A DNA stretch of 63,633 nt, filler included, from Syncephalis fuscata S228 (Eukaryota; Fungi; Zoopagomycota), in assembly GCA_025786725.1 (NCBI GenBank). It is 4 parts of 4 records of this genome, joined end to end, with 100 filler letters (N's around TTAATTAATTAA, not from the genome) between each part and the next. Parts side by side here need not be neighbours in the genome. Positions count along the whole stretch, not along the records: positions 1 to 20,090 come from JAHLTZ010000169.1; positions 20,191 to 32,911 come from JAHLTZ010000261.1; 2 more parts are not named here. One strand, given 5' to 3'. Shown here piece by piece: positions 12,082 to 22,933 of this stretch. A program made the position numbers and the translations under genes. The notes beneath the pieces are model-generated. The model had not been told where the DNA came from. It saw only the letters and a list, made by a program, of their open reading frames with translations, and searched no databases. The first letter of the stretch is position 1. Every line of letters starts with the position of its first letter.

Positions 12082-13815
12082 CTAATCCACCACTTCAAAA
12101 TCATCCTCATCCTCATCCTCATTGACTATTTCAGTAACCATATTAATTTCCATAGCTTGATTAGATCCAGCTGGTGTAGCTTCTGAATCTTCATTCGTCT
12201 CTTCGTCTAATCGAGCCTTTTTCCTAAAGCAGCCATAATCAGTGATTAAATTGTATTTTTGACAATAGCCTATACATACTTCGTTTCTTCATTTGCCGTA
12301 TTATTATCCTGGTCTACCTCGACAAAGTCATCTTCATCGTCATCATCCTCGACTCCTTCAATATAATTGCCCTCTTCATGTAATTGAGCATAGTAGTTTT
12401 CGTAGTCTAATAGGAGAAATCGTTAGCGTTGATATCCAACACTATTTATATATCAGCTACTTACATGAATCGTGATCGATTGTGTTTCCATCGTGTGTGG
12501 CATCATTGGCATCATGGCCTGCATCCAAAGCATTTGCAGCAGCCGTGCTACCATGGGCTGCATTGCCTGTGCCAATTGCTCTACCTGTAACCGTACTATG
12601 TGTATGCCATACTGGCAAAGCATTCTGTAATCTATTTCATATCAATTTACACAAATGTTCAATAACCATAATCTAATCCATACGGTTCATTATTTGCACT
12701 AACCGTTTCTTCTCCTGCTCCATTGCCTTTTCACGTGCATTATCATCTTGAAAGAATACCACAATCTCTTCTTCATTCTGGCCTTCTTTATCCTTAGAGA
12801 ATGCAATCTCGCCTCCTTCTACACCCGATTCACGCATCTCTGCCTCTTCAGCCAACCGTGTCACGCGCTGTTCCATCTCTGGTGTATATCTATTCCACTA
12901 TCATTAATATTACCGTTATACAAGCAATCTATCAAACTTACGCAGGTAATATCATATTATCCGTCTGCTTCAATAAGTCAATAATTGGCTGTGTCTGTTC
13001 CGTCAATCTACATTGATAATGTACAGTATTAATATACGCTTTAATAGCATAATATTTAACGCTTCTTACCGAGCCAGCTTATCATTTGCTTTTCGTAGTT
13101 TTTCAGAGTTATCGTTCTCTTCTAATGGCAAATTACACTGATCGCATAGAAATTGACAAGTATACGGATCAACGTTCTTACAAGCATCCAATGCATCAAA
13201 TACACGATGACACATTGGACAGGCATAGCCTTTGTTTTCTTGTTCCTATAGCCATTATTAGATTTAATCATAACTAATACTTCTATTACTTACACCGCGT
13301 AGATCAGCCAACACACGTTTACGCATCTCATAAATTCGCCATTTAACAACATCCACAAATCGCTTATAATCAATCATATAATAGGTACGCCGAATCGTCA
13401 ATCCCTCCACTTTTTTTGTATCATAGCGAAATGCACTAATATAACATAGCATTATTAAATACATCTGTTCTTATTTACTTGTCCCTCTAACTAGCCCAGC
13501 CCATTGACTTACCTACGAATCAGATATTCATCTCTTAATTTAGCACATATTTTGTGCACATTACTAGAAGAGAGTTTAGTCACTTTGGACAATTGCTCAT
13601 CTCGATAACTAGGTAATGTATATATGATTAATCTTTAATATACGAGTGGCAATATAACACAATAGTCGTACGTACGTCTCTACTCTGCAAAGTGCGTCTA
13701 AGATGACCGTCCATTTGGGGTCGTAAAATGCGCGTGCTACTCTTGCTACCAATGTACGCAGTACTTGCTTTTCGCTAGGCGTTAATTGCTTTGGTGCAAC
13801 AATATGTGAGGCCAT
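12082..13815 (-). CDS. TFA1: Transcription initiation factor TFIIE alpha subunit, multi-exon
   Basis: LVARVARAFY, YYMIDYKRFVDVVKWRIYEM, zinc ribbon CPMC...CQFLCDQC, LPVWHTHSTVTG, acidic C-terminus EDEDDFEVVD*. Confidence 0.9.
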
Positions 13816-14000
13816 AATAGACAGTAGGCCAATCTAGTAGAATGATAGACTGAGGTTGTAGTATATGGATTCAGTAAATGCTCCACAGATGAAGTTGAAG
13901 AAATATTTTCTAGCCAACTCAGAACACCAAATAAATTTACCACGAATGATCACTGATTGGTCGATTTTAAACATTTTTTATTCATTTTAGTTTAAAGCCT

Positions 14001-14643
14001 ATGAATGATTCTTCGTTGTATAGCTTGCTGGGAGTAGCCGAAGACGCATCTCGCGACACTATTCGAAAGGAATACCAGCGTCAGCTGCTATTGGTAAGAT
14101 AGTGTTGCTATTGTGTTGAGGTTGTTAGACTGATGATATCCGTTTAGTGCCATCCAGATAAACATGTAACAAAGCAAATAGATAGCAATGAACACGAACT
14201 ACGTATTCGGCTAGATACAATAAGACAAGCATGGGACGTACTAGGTGATGTTGTGAAACGCAAAGACTACGATAAAGAGCTGAAAGGTGATTTGATTATA
14301 ATGGATTGGTTCAATTCTGTGTTTAACCATAGTTGTTGTTGCTATTGCTGCTGCTATTGTTATTGTTTTAGCCGGTCGGCTACGCCAAACAGCGCCAATG
14401 GACATTGCCGTAGATTTGGACGACATGGTATTTACTAAAGGTATAAGTGGCTGGCCATGTACAAACGATGGCTTATATTAATTGTTGTAAATAGATACGG
14501 GCGTGTACACTTATGCTTGTCGTTGCAGCGGCGAATATCTATTAACTGAAGCAGATCTAGAGGCAGGCGCTGAGCTAGTTAATTGTTCGCAATGTTCATT
14601 GCGTATTCATGTTCTATATCAATGTATTGAAGAGATGGAGTGA
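14001..14643 (+). CDS. DPH4: Diphthamide biosynthesis J-protein (DnaJ + CSL zinc finger), multi-exon
   Basis: J domain LYSLLGV...HPDK...YDKEL, then VDLDDM, YACRCSGEY...VNCSQCSLRIHV. Confidence 0.88.
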
Positions 14644-14823
14644 ACTGTAGGCGATGGCGGCAATGACTCACATTGACCTATAGGTCAATCACCAAATCTT
14701 TAATAAGAAATTGCTTTATTGATATGAAAACATACGCTTCTTTCTCTTAAATAAATCGCATATTATTTTATTGTTATCAATTTTGCTATTACAGTTGCTA
14801 TTACAACAACTGCTAGGTTCAAC

Positions 14824-15402
14824 ATGAGTAGTGCATTCTTCTATGGATCTTTGATGCATCCCAAAGTGCTGACACGTGTTCTTTCAAAAAATGATTTGCC
14901 AGGTCCTGACGAAGGAGTACCAGCGGTGCTTATGGTAAATACGTCATTGTTCCAGTGTTTTCATACAATATTAATAAACACCTATCTATATTTACCTATA
15001 CTATAGGGATATAGAAGACATCCTATCATGCATGCTGCCTATCCAGCATGTGTGCCAGGACGTGACAAGGACACAGTGCAGGGTTTATTTGTGCAGGGAC
15101 TGACCGAAGAGCATATCCGTCTATTAGACTATTTTGAAGGCAATGTAGGTGAATACCGCTTATTCAATGTCCGTATAATAACCACACCTGATATGGCTAC
15201 TGTTTATTAGGAATATACACGGGAGCGTGTATTAGTAGTGATAGGCAATGAAGCGGATGGTACGGCAACAACAGTAGAAGCCGATACCTATATTTGGTGT
15301 GGAAACAACGACCTTTTATTAACAGATCGTGACTGGGATTGGGTGTATTTTAAAGAGCATAATATTGGTCGTTTCATGACAGAGGACGATGGATTTAACT
15401 AG
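14824..15402 (+). CDS. AIG2-like / gamma-glutamylcyclotransferase family protein (3 exons)
   Basis: FFYGSLM, GYRRHPI..AAYPA, VQGLFV, LLDYFEG-NEYTR, ADTYIW. Confidence 0.85.
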
Positions 15403-15466
15403 GGGATTGTTTGGTAGGATGGTGATATGTGTATTCAATAACCACCTGTCTATCAGCAATATATGT

Positions 15467-16105
15467 TTATTGAGCAAGTGTTTCTATAACAGTGTTTAAT
15501 AAAGTGTGTGGATTCAGTTCACCATCTACAGTGATCACGTCGGATTGATCCAATGGCTGTTCATCTTGTGTGGGTATTTCTAGTGTGGCAAATTGGCTGT
15601 CGACAAGGCTGGCAGGCATAAAATGATGAGTACGCATTGTGGCCCGCTGTTGAGCACACAGTTTACTAATATGTAAATAGAGAAAGCATACAGGATATTT
15701 TAGCTGATGGCGAAAAATGTCACGATAAGCACGCTTTAAACAGGAACAGGCCAAGTAAATATGGGTTGGCTTATGGTTTGTTGTTTGGTTTAGCGATGTT
15801 GTTAATTGTTGCGCTTGTTGGTTAACAGCCTGACAAAGTGCAGCTAGCCATGGCCAACGATCTTCATCCTCCAGAGCCACACCACTGGCCATTTTTACGC
15901 GATTGGCTGGTGGATGATAATCATCAGCCTCGATATAAAATGGATTTAAAAGATCGCTAGTGGCTATATTTTGCGCTGACTCGATAGTCTGTTGACTGGC
16001 TTCATATTGTGCAAGCTGCCTGGCCATTGTTGTCTTGCCACAAGCACTTACGCCCATAATAACGACAATAGATACTTTTGAATTGTCTATTGGTAGTGAA
16101 GCCAT
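15467..16105 (-). CDS. Gluconokinase (GntK/IdnK family)
   Basis: VIMGVSACGKTT P-loop, EADDYHPPANRVKMASGVALEDEDRWPWL, ACSCLKRAYRD, HFMPASLVDSQFATLE. First ATG at 16105. Confidence 0.92.
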   Translation of the reverse strand: MASLPIDNSKVSIVVIMGVSACGKTTMARQLAQYEASQQTIESAQNIATSDLLNPFYIEADDYHPPANRVKMASGVALEDEDRWPWLAALCQAVNQQAQQLTTSLNQTTNHKPTHIYLACSCLKRAYRDIFRHQLKYPVCFLYLHISKLCAQQRATMRTHHFMPASLVDSQFATLEIPTQDEQPLDQSDVITVDGELNPHTLLNTVIETLAQ

Positions 16106-16357
16106 TATACAAAACACTAACTTGCCAAGTAACAAAGCAATCAAATAGTTGTAAAAGTGTCTGTAAAGTAAAAATAGTGCCATGTTCATTAATATTTATT
16201 TTATGATCTGTGGCGCACGTCATGAATTCTTTTCTTACTGCATGCTTGTTCATTCAATTCTTACTTAGATTGTCGCCTAATTTGTCATTATTTTACGTGG
16301 ACGCAGTTGTATAAGTTTGTGCTGTTAGTACGAGGATCGTGCGAGGTGAGAAGGCCG

Positions 16358-18772
16358 ATGCAGCGAATGTTTCTAGTGCTGCGCCGGTGCGTCTTGGAAT
16401 GCGCGAATAACCGACGATCCTCTCGAGCCGCCGCTGCTGTCGATTGGGAGTTAGATCTTGCTAGTCACCGGGTACCTTCTTGTACTAAACGATCGTTGGC
16501 CAGATCGCGCTGTTTAACTAACGTAAAAGTCGTCATTGGCATTCGATCTTTGCATACGAGTACGCTGTTGGTTAATAGAGCCGGAATTCCTTCAATAGCG
16601 ACAACACAAGTAGATACGGCCATGTGTGCAGTGCAGGATATAGCATCACCAGACAGTGCAAAGGAGAAGCAATGCAACGATGAAAATGCTACTGCAACAT
16701 CAAATGCAGCAACAGCAGAGGTAGCAAAGAACAATGAAGATGTACAGCTACCAAGGACTACTCGGAAAGTTTTAAAGATTGATAGGCATGGTCAAGAGAA
16801 GGGCGATATATCGCGTCAATTACATCATACTAAACCGAAACCGACTATTAAAACAAAATCGTGTCATTATGCTCATACTGGAGTAGCGCCAGCTAGACTA
16901 AAGAAGGGTACATTTCAGAAGGCGCAAACAAAATGCCTACATATACCCATAGCCGTAGACAATGCGTATACAAAGCTTGCATGCGAGCTTACTGCGGCTT
17001 TGCATGGTGCATATCCAGTATCAGCTGATCATGTATGGCAGATATACGCCAAAGGACATCAATCAGTTGATTTTCTGTACGCTATTGATATTTCGTCATT
17101 TCGCAGGCTATTACGGGTGCTAGAGTGGCGCTATGATGTAAAACACACTGCCGCTTTACCAGCCAATGCGAGCTTTAAAGAAAAGCAATCAACCGATATT
17201 GATATAGCAAACAACGAGGTGCTGGCTATAGATCCACGCGATTCAAGAGCACAACAGGCAGAGCGTATTCTTCAGGTCATTAAAGATATGCGTAGACGCG
17301 GATTAAAGCCGCCCGACAATGCTTATAGAGCATTAATGCGCGATGCTATTTGGCTGACTAATGCTGGCAATACAACATGGACAGTACCACGTCACGATAT
17401 AATATTGCGCAAAGAATTATTACGTGCTCATTTAACGATATTCCGATTAAAGCGCGATACATTACGTGTTATACTAGACGATGCAGCCGAAGCCATTGCT
17501 GCCATCGATCAGCCATCAACATCCAAAACGAAGCGTGGCTATGAACGGTATGAATTTGATATGCCAGCAATAACTAAGGGACGGATTACCTATCAACAAA
17601 TTATCGAGTCTGCTGCCAATTCATTGCAGCGTCCGTTGGCATTATTGGCCTATAATGATATCCGATATAATGGTCATAGTATTAGCGTTGCTACTGAACG
17701 TCTTTTATGGCAGACACTTGCTTCACGTCGTAATCCATACCGCGATATTAGTACATTTGTTGCTATGCGACAGCTTCTAATTAACCGTGACAAAAATAAT
17801 ACCGAAAATGATGCAACAACAACATCTAACGCCATGTTGTATAGTTATCGCGATGCTACAGCACAACTAGTATCTAGCAATAATTTAATGGATGCAACAA
17901 AACTTGCTATATCATTTTATAATGACGGCATTCAAGTGCCCATTCATTTACTTAATCAGCTATTAGCGCTGCTATGTGAAGCTTATTTATTAAAAACAGC
18001 GGTTGTGCTACTTAGATGTGTATGTTTATCTAAATTAACCGACTCTTCAACACCTAAAAATGATTTACAGCAAACAGCACAGCACAACAATAGCGTTTGG
18101 TTAGCACCAACCCGTCCCGATACCGTTAGTTTTAACACCGTAGCCAACGCATTTGTTGATCAAGGTGACTGGGAAGCAGCCCATGACATCGTTTGTCTCG
18201 CCACTGATATGGGAATTAAACCAACAGGCGTTACTATCAACGTCCAACTTAAAGCTGAACTGGCCCGTGAAATAAAAGAAACACAAGCCGCTATTGATAG
18301 CACATCTAATTCTGGATGGCCAGCCAATGCTTACTGGGCACAGCATCAGCCGCAACCCGCACAACAACGCCACCCATCTGTAGCCACCTCTTCATCGTTA
18401 ACGATTGTAGAACGCGCTCTAAACAATCTGATACGGCAAAATGATCTAGTAGAGTCGCAGCTTAATGTTAGCACGTACAATCTATGTCTAACTACGTTAA
18501 TGGCCAATGATTATCCGGAACACGATAGCTACACAGGTGGTTTAGCCGCCTATCGACTTGTAAACCGTATGGAAGCCGCCAATATTGCCCCCAATCTTGT
18601 CACTTGCCATACACTTTTACGAATCTATGGTCGTAAAAAGGACCGCAAATCATTTGTCCGTGTGCTTAAAATGATGGCCAAACACCAGCTAATGCCTAAT
18701 CGTACTACTCAAGCGATTATTCTCCAGTACAGTGACCCCCATACTTGGCGATGGCGCCCCTCGCCTATTTAA
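16358..18772 (+). CDS. Pentatricopeptide-repeat (PPR) protein, probably mitochondrial
   Basis: PPR motifs PDTVSFNTVANAF..QGDWEAA, KPTGVTIN, NVSTYNLCL, APNLVTCHTLLRIY, and an Arg-rich N-terminus. Confidence 0.8.
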   Translation: MQRMFLVLRRCVLECANNRRSSRAAAAVDWELDLASHRVPSCTKRSLARSRCLTNVKVVIGIRSLHTSTLLVNRAGIPSIATTQVDTAMCAVQDIASPDSAKEKQCNDENATATSNAATAEVAKNNEDVQLPRTTRKVLKIDRHGQEKGDISRQLHHTKPKPTIKTKSCHYAHTGVAPARLKKGTFQKAQTKCLHIPIAVDNAYTKLACELTAALHGAYPVSADHVWQIYAKGHQSVDFLYAIDISSFRRLLRVLEWRYDVKHTAALPANASFKEKQSTDIDIANNEVLAIDPRDSRAQQAERILQVIKDMRRRGLKPPDNAYRALMRDAIWLTNAGNTTWTVPRHDIILRKELLRAHLTIFRLKRDTLRVILDDAAEAIAAIDQPSTSKTKRGYERYEFDMPAITKGRITYQQIIESAANSLQRPLALLAYNDIRYNGHSISVATERLLWQTLASRRNPYRDISTFVAMRQLLINRDKNNTENDATTTSNAMLYSYRDATAQLVSSNNLMDATKLAISFYNDGIQVPIHLLNQLLALLCEAYLLKTAVVLLRCVCLSKLTDSSTPKNDLQQTAQHNNSVWLAPTRPDTVSFNTVANAFVDQGDWEAAHDIVCLATDMGIKPTGVTINVQLKAELAREIKETQAAIDSTSNSGWPANAYWAQHQPQPAQQRHPSVATSSSLTIVERALNNLIRQNDLVESQLNVSTYNLCLTTLMANDYPEHDSYTGGLAAYRLVNRMEAANIAPNLVTCHTLLRIYGRKKDRKSFVRVLKMMAKHQLMPNRTTQAIILQYSDPHTWRWRPSPI

Positions 18773-20090
18773 ATCATTTAATAATAGTCAATTGTATACT
18801 ATGCTTATTATCATCATTTAAATTGTTATTTTGATTGCTATTACTAAAAACGGTTATAGTGTCGTTTATTCATGTATGCCTTTATGTTCTGCCTAATACT
18901 GATATCAATAGACCAAATACGGCTAATGATTACGCGACTTTATTACAGTTGCCATGTGTGCCAGTACCCGATCCATATATACACGCAATTATAGATGTAT
19001 ACACAATACAACGCAATGGGTGTTGCTTGCCCAGGTCTACCCATTCCTGTGCATTTACGTCATTCCTATGTCACCCGCCCTTTACATCTGCGCCCAATTT
19101 GAGAATCATTTCTTCTATTCATTTTATTTGCATACCCAATACACAGGGGCTCAAGGCGCCGTCACATTACATCCTTGCCCGTAAATTACCGATAACAGCA
19201 AATATTGCTACTCAATTTAATCTACGCTCATCTATCATTCCTCCCCCCTCCCTAACACCGATACTAATAAACGATTCTAAAACAATACTTTATGCCAAGT
19301 GTGTACCAATACAGATACATATACACACACACTACATTATCGATATCATGAACACATAAATATTAATGTATCCACTCTACACATTAATGATTCCTATCAA
19401 TCTATAGCACAAACAACAAGCCATCTAGATTCATGCTGGTAGTACGATGGTAACCAAATTCACAAGTAGATTAGTTGCTACACAGCCACAGCCACATACA
19501 TAGACACAGACATATACATGCATTCACACACGCACTCTCTGTCTCTCTGTCTCTATCATTGATAACATCCATTCACATTGCTATTAATGCACGTGCTTTA
19601 TCACAAGCAATTCTATTCTTCTATCGCTGCCTCCTTTTACGGATGATCATTGATAATACCTGCTGATTGGTAGAGCGGAGTAAAGGCATATCTGGCCAGG
19701 GCTTATATCAGTCTATAGCACTAAGCAGAGTGAACAACACATGCCTCAACGCCCAACATCAGTCACTGATTGTTCGTTTATTTGGTAGTTTGCGCGCGCG
19801 TCAATACAACCTCCTTTGCTTTATCTTTTTATTCTTCTACACTGCAACTTTTTATTTCTCTATAGTAGTCCGTTCTAGCTGTGGTCTAAACCTAGCTAGG
19901 AACGTGCATCTATCCTCTATTCTAACCACACTACATACGCGCACGTGTAGGTGTGTGCAGTGTGTGTGTGTGGTGTAAACTAGCACCTATTCTCTGTGTC
20001 ATCTTTACGATGAATATATGTCCATTCGTATATATCTATATTGCTGCCTTTTCAATCGACGTTAGTCGTTGTAGTATAGTAGTAGTAGTA

Positions 20091-20190
20091 NNNNNNNNNN
20101 NNNNNNNNNNNNNNNNNNNNNNNNNNNNNNNNNNTTAATTAATTAANNNNNNNNNNNNNNNNNNNNNNNNNNNNNNNNNNNNNNNNNNNN
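20091..20190. other. Artificial contig linker / gap
   Basis: N44-TTAATTAATTAA-N44, which gives stops in all six frames. Confidence 0.95.
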
Positions 20191-21427
20191 CGTTTTATTA
20201 TTGTTAGCTACTAATTAAATTGTATCTATTTGTAAGATGAAACAAATGTAACATGTTGCCTTAATTAATTAGTTTTAATAATAATATCAGTGATTTATTA
20301 ATATTATTTTAATACACTAATATTAAACAATTTATCAAATATTTATTATAATTTAGAATAAACTAATCATCTTGATAACATTTGCGTAATTAACTTAATG
20401 TTTTTTATTGAACATGGAACTGAATGGTAAATGATATAAATTATCAAAATTATTCATTGTACGTGTGATTGCATATTAGTTTGCGTATAATGACAATAAT
20501 TACAATTATAAACTACGGTTTACTATAGAACAATAACATGAATCCAGACCATCTAATTTAAAAATAACAAAAGTGCCATGCATGATCATTGATTTAATCA
20601 AATAATAAAATAAAAATGGGTCTTGAATAAGCGATTACAGCTTTGTTTTTTTTTAGCCTTTTTAATATGTCGTCATCGTCCCTGATAGCGTCTGCATCAA
20701 TATCAAAGTGTTTACTAGTCGATATTGAAGGTAAAACTACACCAATAAGCTATTTTGTTTATTCACGTAGAACTAGCTTATTTTTGGACGCAAGTAAATG
20801 TTCAAGATAGTGTAGCATTTATTTGTCAACAAATAGTATCTATGTAAGCTATAGTATTAGTTTAAGCTGGCAGATTAATAAAACAATAGAGGATTGTAAT
20901 AATAAATTTGCTGAATTCCCTATTATTTCTGGTTTTAACACCGCGATTGATATTAGAAAGACTTTCAAAACTAATATGCTATGGCAGATGAATAACGATT
21001 AAAAGACTGATGAATTAAGACGATTGCAAAATAGGTATAGCAATTAGCCGAACATCGCTGTATTTTATAATACCAATAATTAAATTTACTATAATTATTA
21101 GTACTGACAATGACATTACTAATATTTATATGCAGATAAACTATAGTCACACATATAACATATTGAATAAATATACTCGATGAGACTATATTTATTACTA
21201 CAAGTTTGCATAGCTGAGTATGTGCAGACAAATACAGACTTGTTGATATTATAATGTATCCATTGATTAAAGGTTGAATAAACTGGGGCATTCGATGGGA
21301 CTTGGTAGATGAATGGACCGAATGGCGTATTTGTCAAATGATCTTGATTCTTGCCGAATACATATCTAAAATATATGTAGCTTGCAGTCTAATTATACTA
21401 ACAATGCCGCTGTCTTGAATGCACCGG

Positions 21428-22933
21428 TTAGTCTATAATCATACATAAATATATAAAATATTATGTGTTAACATATAAATTAGCATTATATAATGCCACT
21501 TACTACCTATCAATAAAAGTCATCAAACACAAAGTGCATGGTATATATTTAGTGCATAGTCAACCAATATACAATGTCACTTACCAGCTATTAATACAAG
21601 TTATAAACACACAAAGTGCGTGATATGTATTTAGTGCATAGTCAATCAATATATAATACTACTCACGACCTATTAATACAAGTTATCAAACACGCAAAGT
21701 GCACGGTACATATTTAGTGCATAGTAAGTTAATATACAGTACTACTTACGAGCTATTAATACAAGTTATCGAACATGCGAAATGCATGGTATATATTTAG
21801 TGCATAGTCAATCAATATACAATGCCACTTACGAGCTATTAATACAAGTTATAAACCCATAAAGTGCGCGATATATATATTTAGTGCATAGTCAATCAAT
21901 ATACAATGCCACTTACGAGCTATTAATACAAGTTATCGAACATGCGAAATGCATGGTATATATTTAGCGCATAGTCAATCAATATACAATGTCACTTACC
22001 GGCTATTAATACAAGTCATCAAACACACAAAATGCGTGATATGTATTTAGTGCAAAGTCAATCAATATATAATACTACTCACGACCTATTAATACAAGTC
22101 ATCAAACACACAAAATGCGTGATATATATTTAGTGCATAGTCAATCAATATACAATGCCACTTACGAGCTATTAATATAAGTTATAAACCCATAAAGTGC
22201 GCGATATATATATTTAGTGCATAGTCAATCAATATACAATGCCACTTACGAGCTATTAATACAAGTTATCGAACATGCGAAATGCGTGATATGTATTTAG
22301 TGCAAAGTCAATCAATATATAATACTACTCACGACCTATTAATACAAGTCATCAAACACACAAAATGCGTGATATGTATTTAGTGCATAGTCAATCAATA
22401 TATAATACTACTTACGAGCTATTAATACAAGTTATAACCCCATAAAGTGCGCGATATATATATATTTAGTGCATAGTCAATCAATATACAATGCCACTTA
22501 CGAGCTATTAATATAAGTTATTGAACATGCAGAATGCATGGTATATATTTAGCGCATAGTCAATTAATATACAATGCTACTTACTTTCTATTAGTATAGA
22601 TACAGAATATCAGTATCAGCAATATATTTTATATTATTTTACATTAAAAACAACGATCAGCTATTATGCCAATAGCTATGTGCAATCAACACTTACCATC
22701 TAGTTGCCATGTCCATTATTTGTATAACATACGGTAAGCACTGGAACAATAATCCCTAATCACAACTTACCGGCTAATACCATCGTTGGTTGAACATAGT
22801 GTTAGTAAACATATCAAATTTATTATGACTACAACATACCACGACGGACTTGGTTTGGCTTAGCATCCACCATAGTTGTACTGGCTACAAAGGCCACGGC
22901 GAGGGTGCAGACGACGGCAATAGAAAGCTTCAT
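21428..22933 (-). CDS. Micro-exon gene B: 48-aa secreted prepropeptide MKLSIAVVCTLAVAFVASTTMVDAKPNQVRRADETPRPPRPAPPRPGN*
   Basis: Exon 1 is 22933-22840 (31 codons + G, donor GTATGT). Sixteen 3-nt exons follow (lowest coordinate given): 22771 CCG, 22697 ATG, 22585 AAA, 22502 CTC, 22416 CTC, 22333 GTC, 22250 CTC, 22166 CTC, 22083 GTC, 22000 CCG, 21917 CTC, 21833 CTC, 21750 CTC, 21667 GTC, 21585 CTG, 21504 GTA. Each is flanked by TAG and GTAAGT/GTGAGT. The terminal exon AC-TAA (21432-21428) puts the stop exactly in frame. Confidence 0.88.
21433..22600 (-). repeat. Tandem array of ~83-bp intron+micro-exon units, homologous to the 1220-3050 array
   Basis: About 13-14 units. Minus-strand consensus GTAAGTggcattgtatattgattgactatgcactaaatatataccatgcatttcgcatgttcgataacttgtattaaTAG-NNN. 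Confidence 0.95.

Noticed and set aside
18835-20090. 174-aa and shorter ORFs after the PPR gene
   Set aside because: Non-ATG starts, microsatellite-rich (CA, CT, TG) sequence and no recognisable motifs. Probably UTR or intergenic.
20135-20146. TTAATTAATTAA motif recurring three times within N runs
   Set aside because: Artificial six-frame-stop linker. Genes on either side are not necessarily neighbours, so no clustering was inferred across it.
22733-22740. Possible extra 8-nt exon (CAG-TGCTTACC-GTATGT) inside intron 2 of gene B
   Set aside because: It would need flanking introns of only 30 and 33 nt and would break the frame that otherwise ends at the in-frame TAA.
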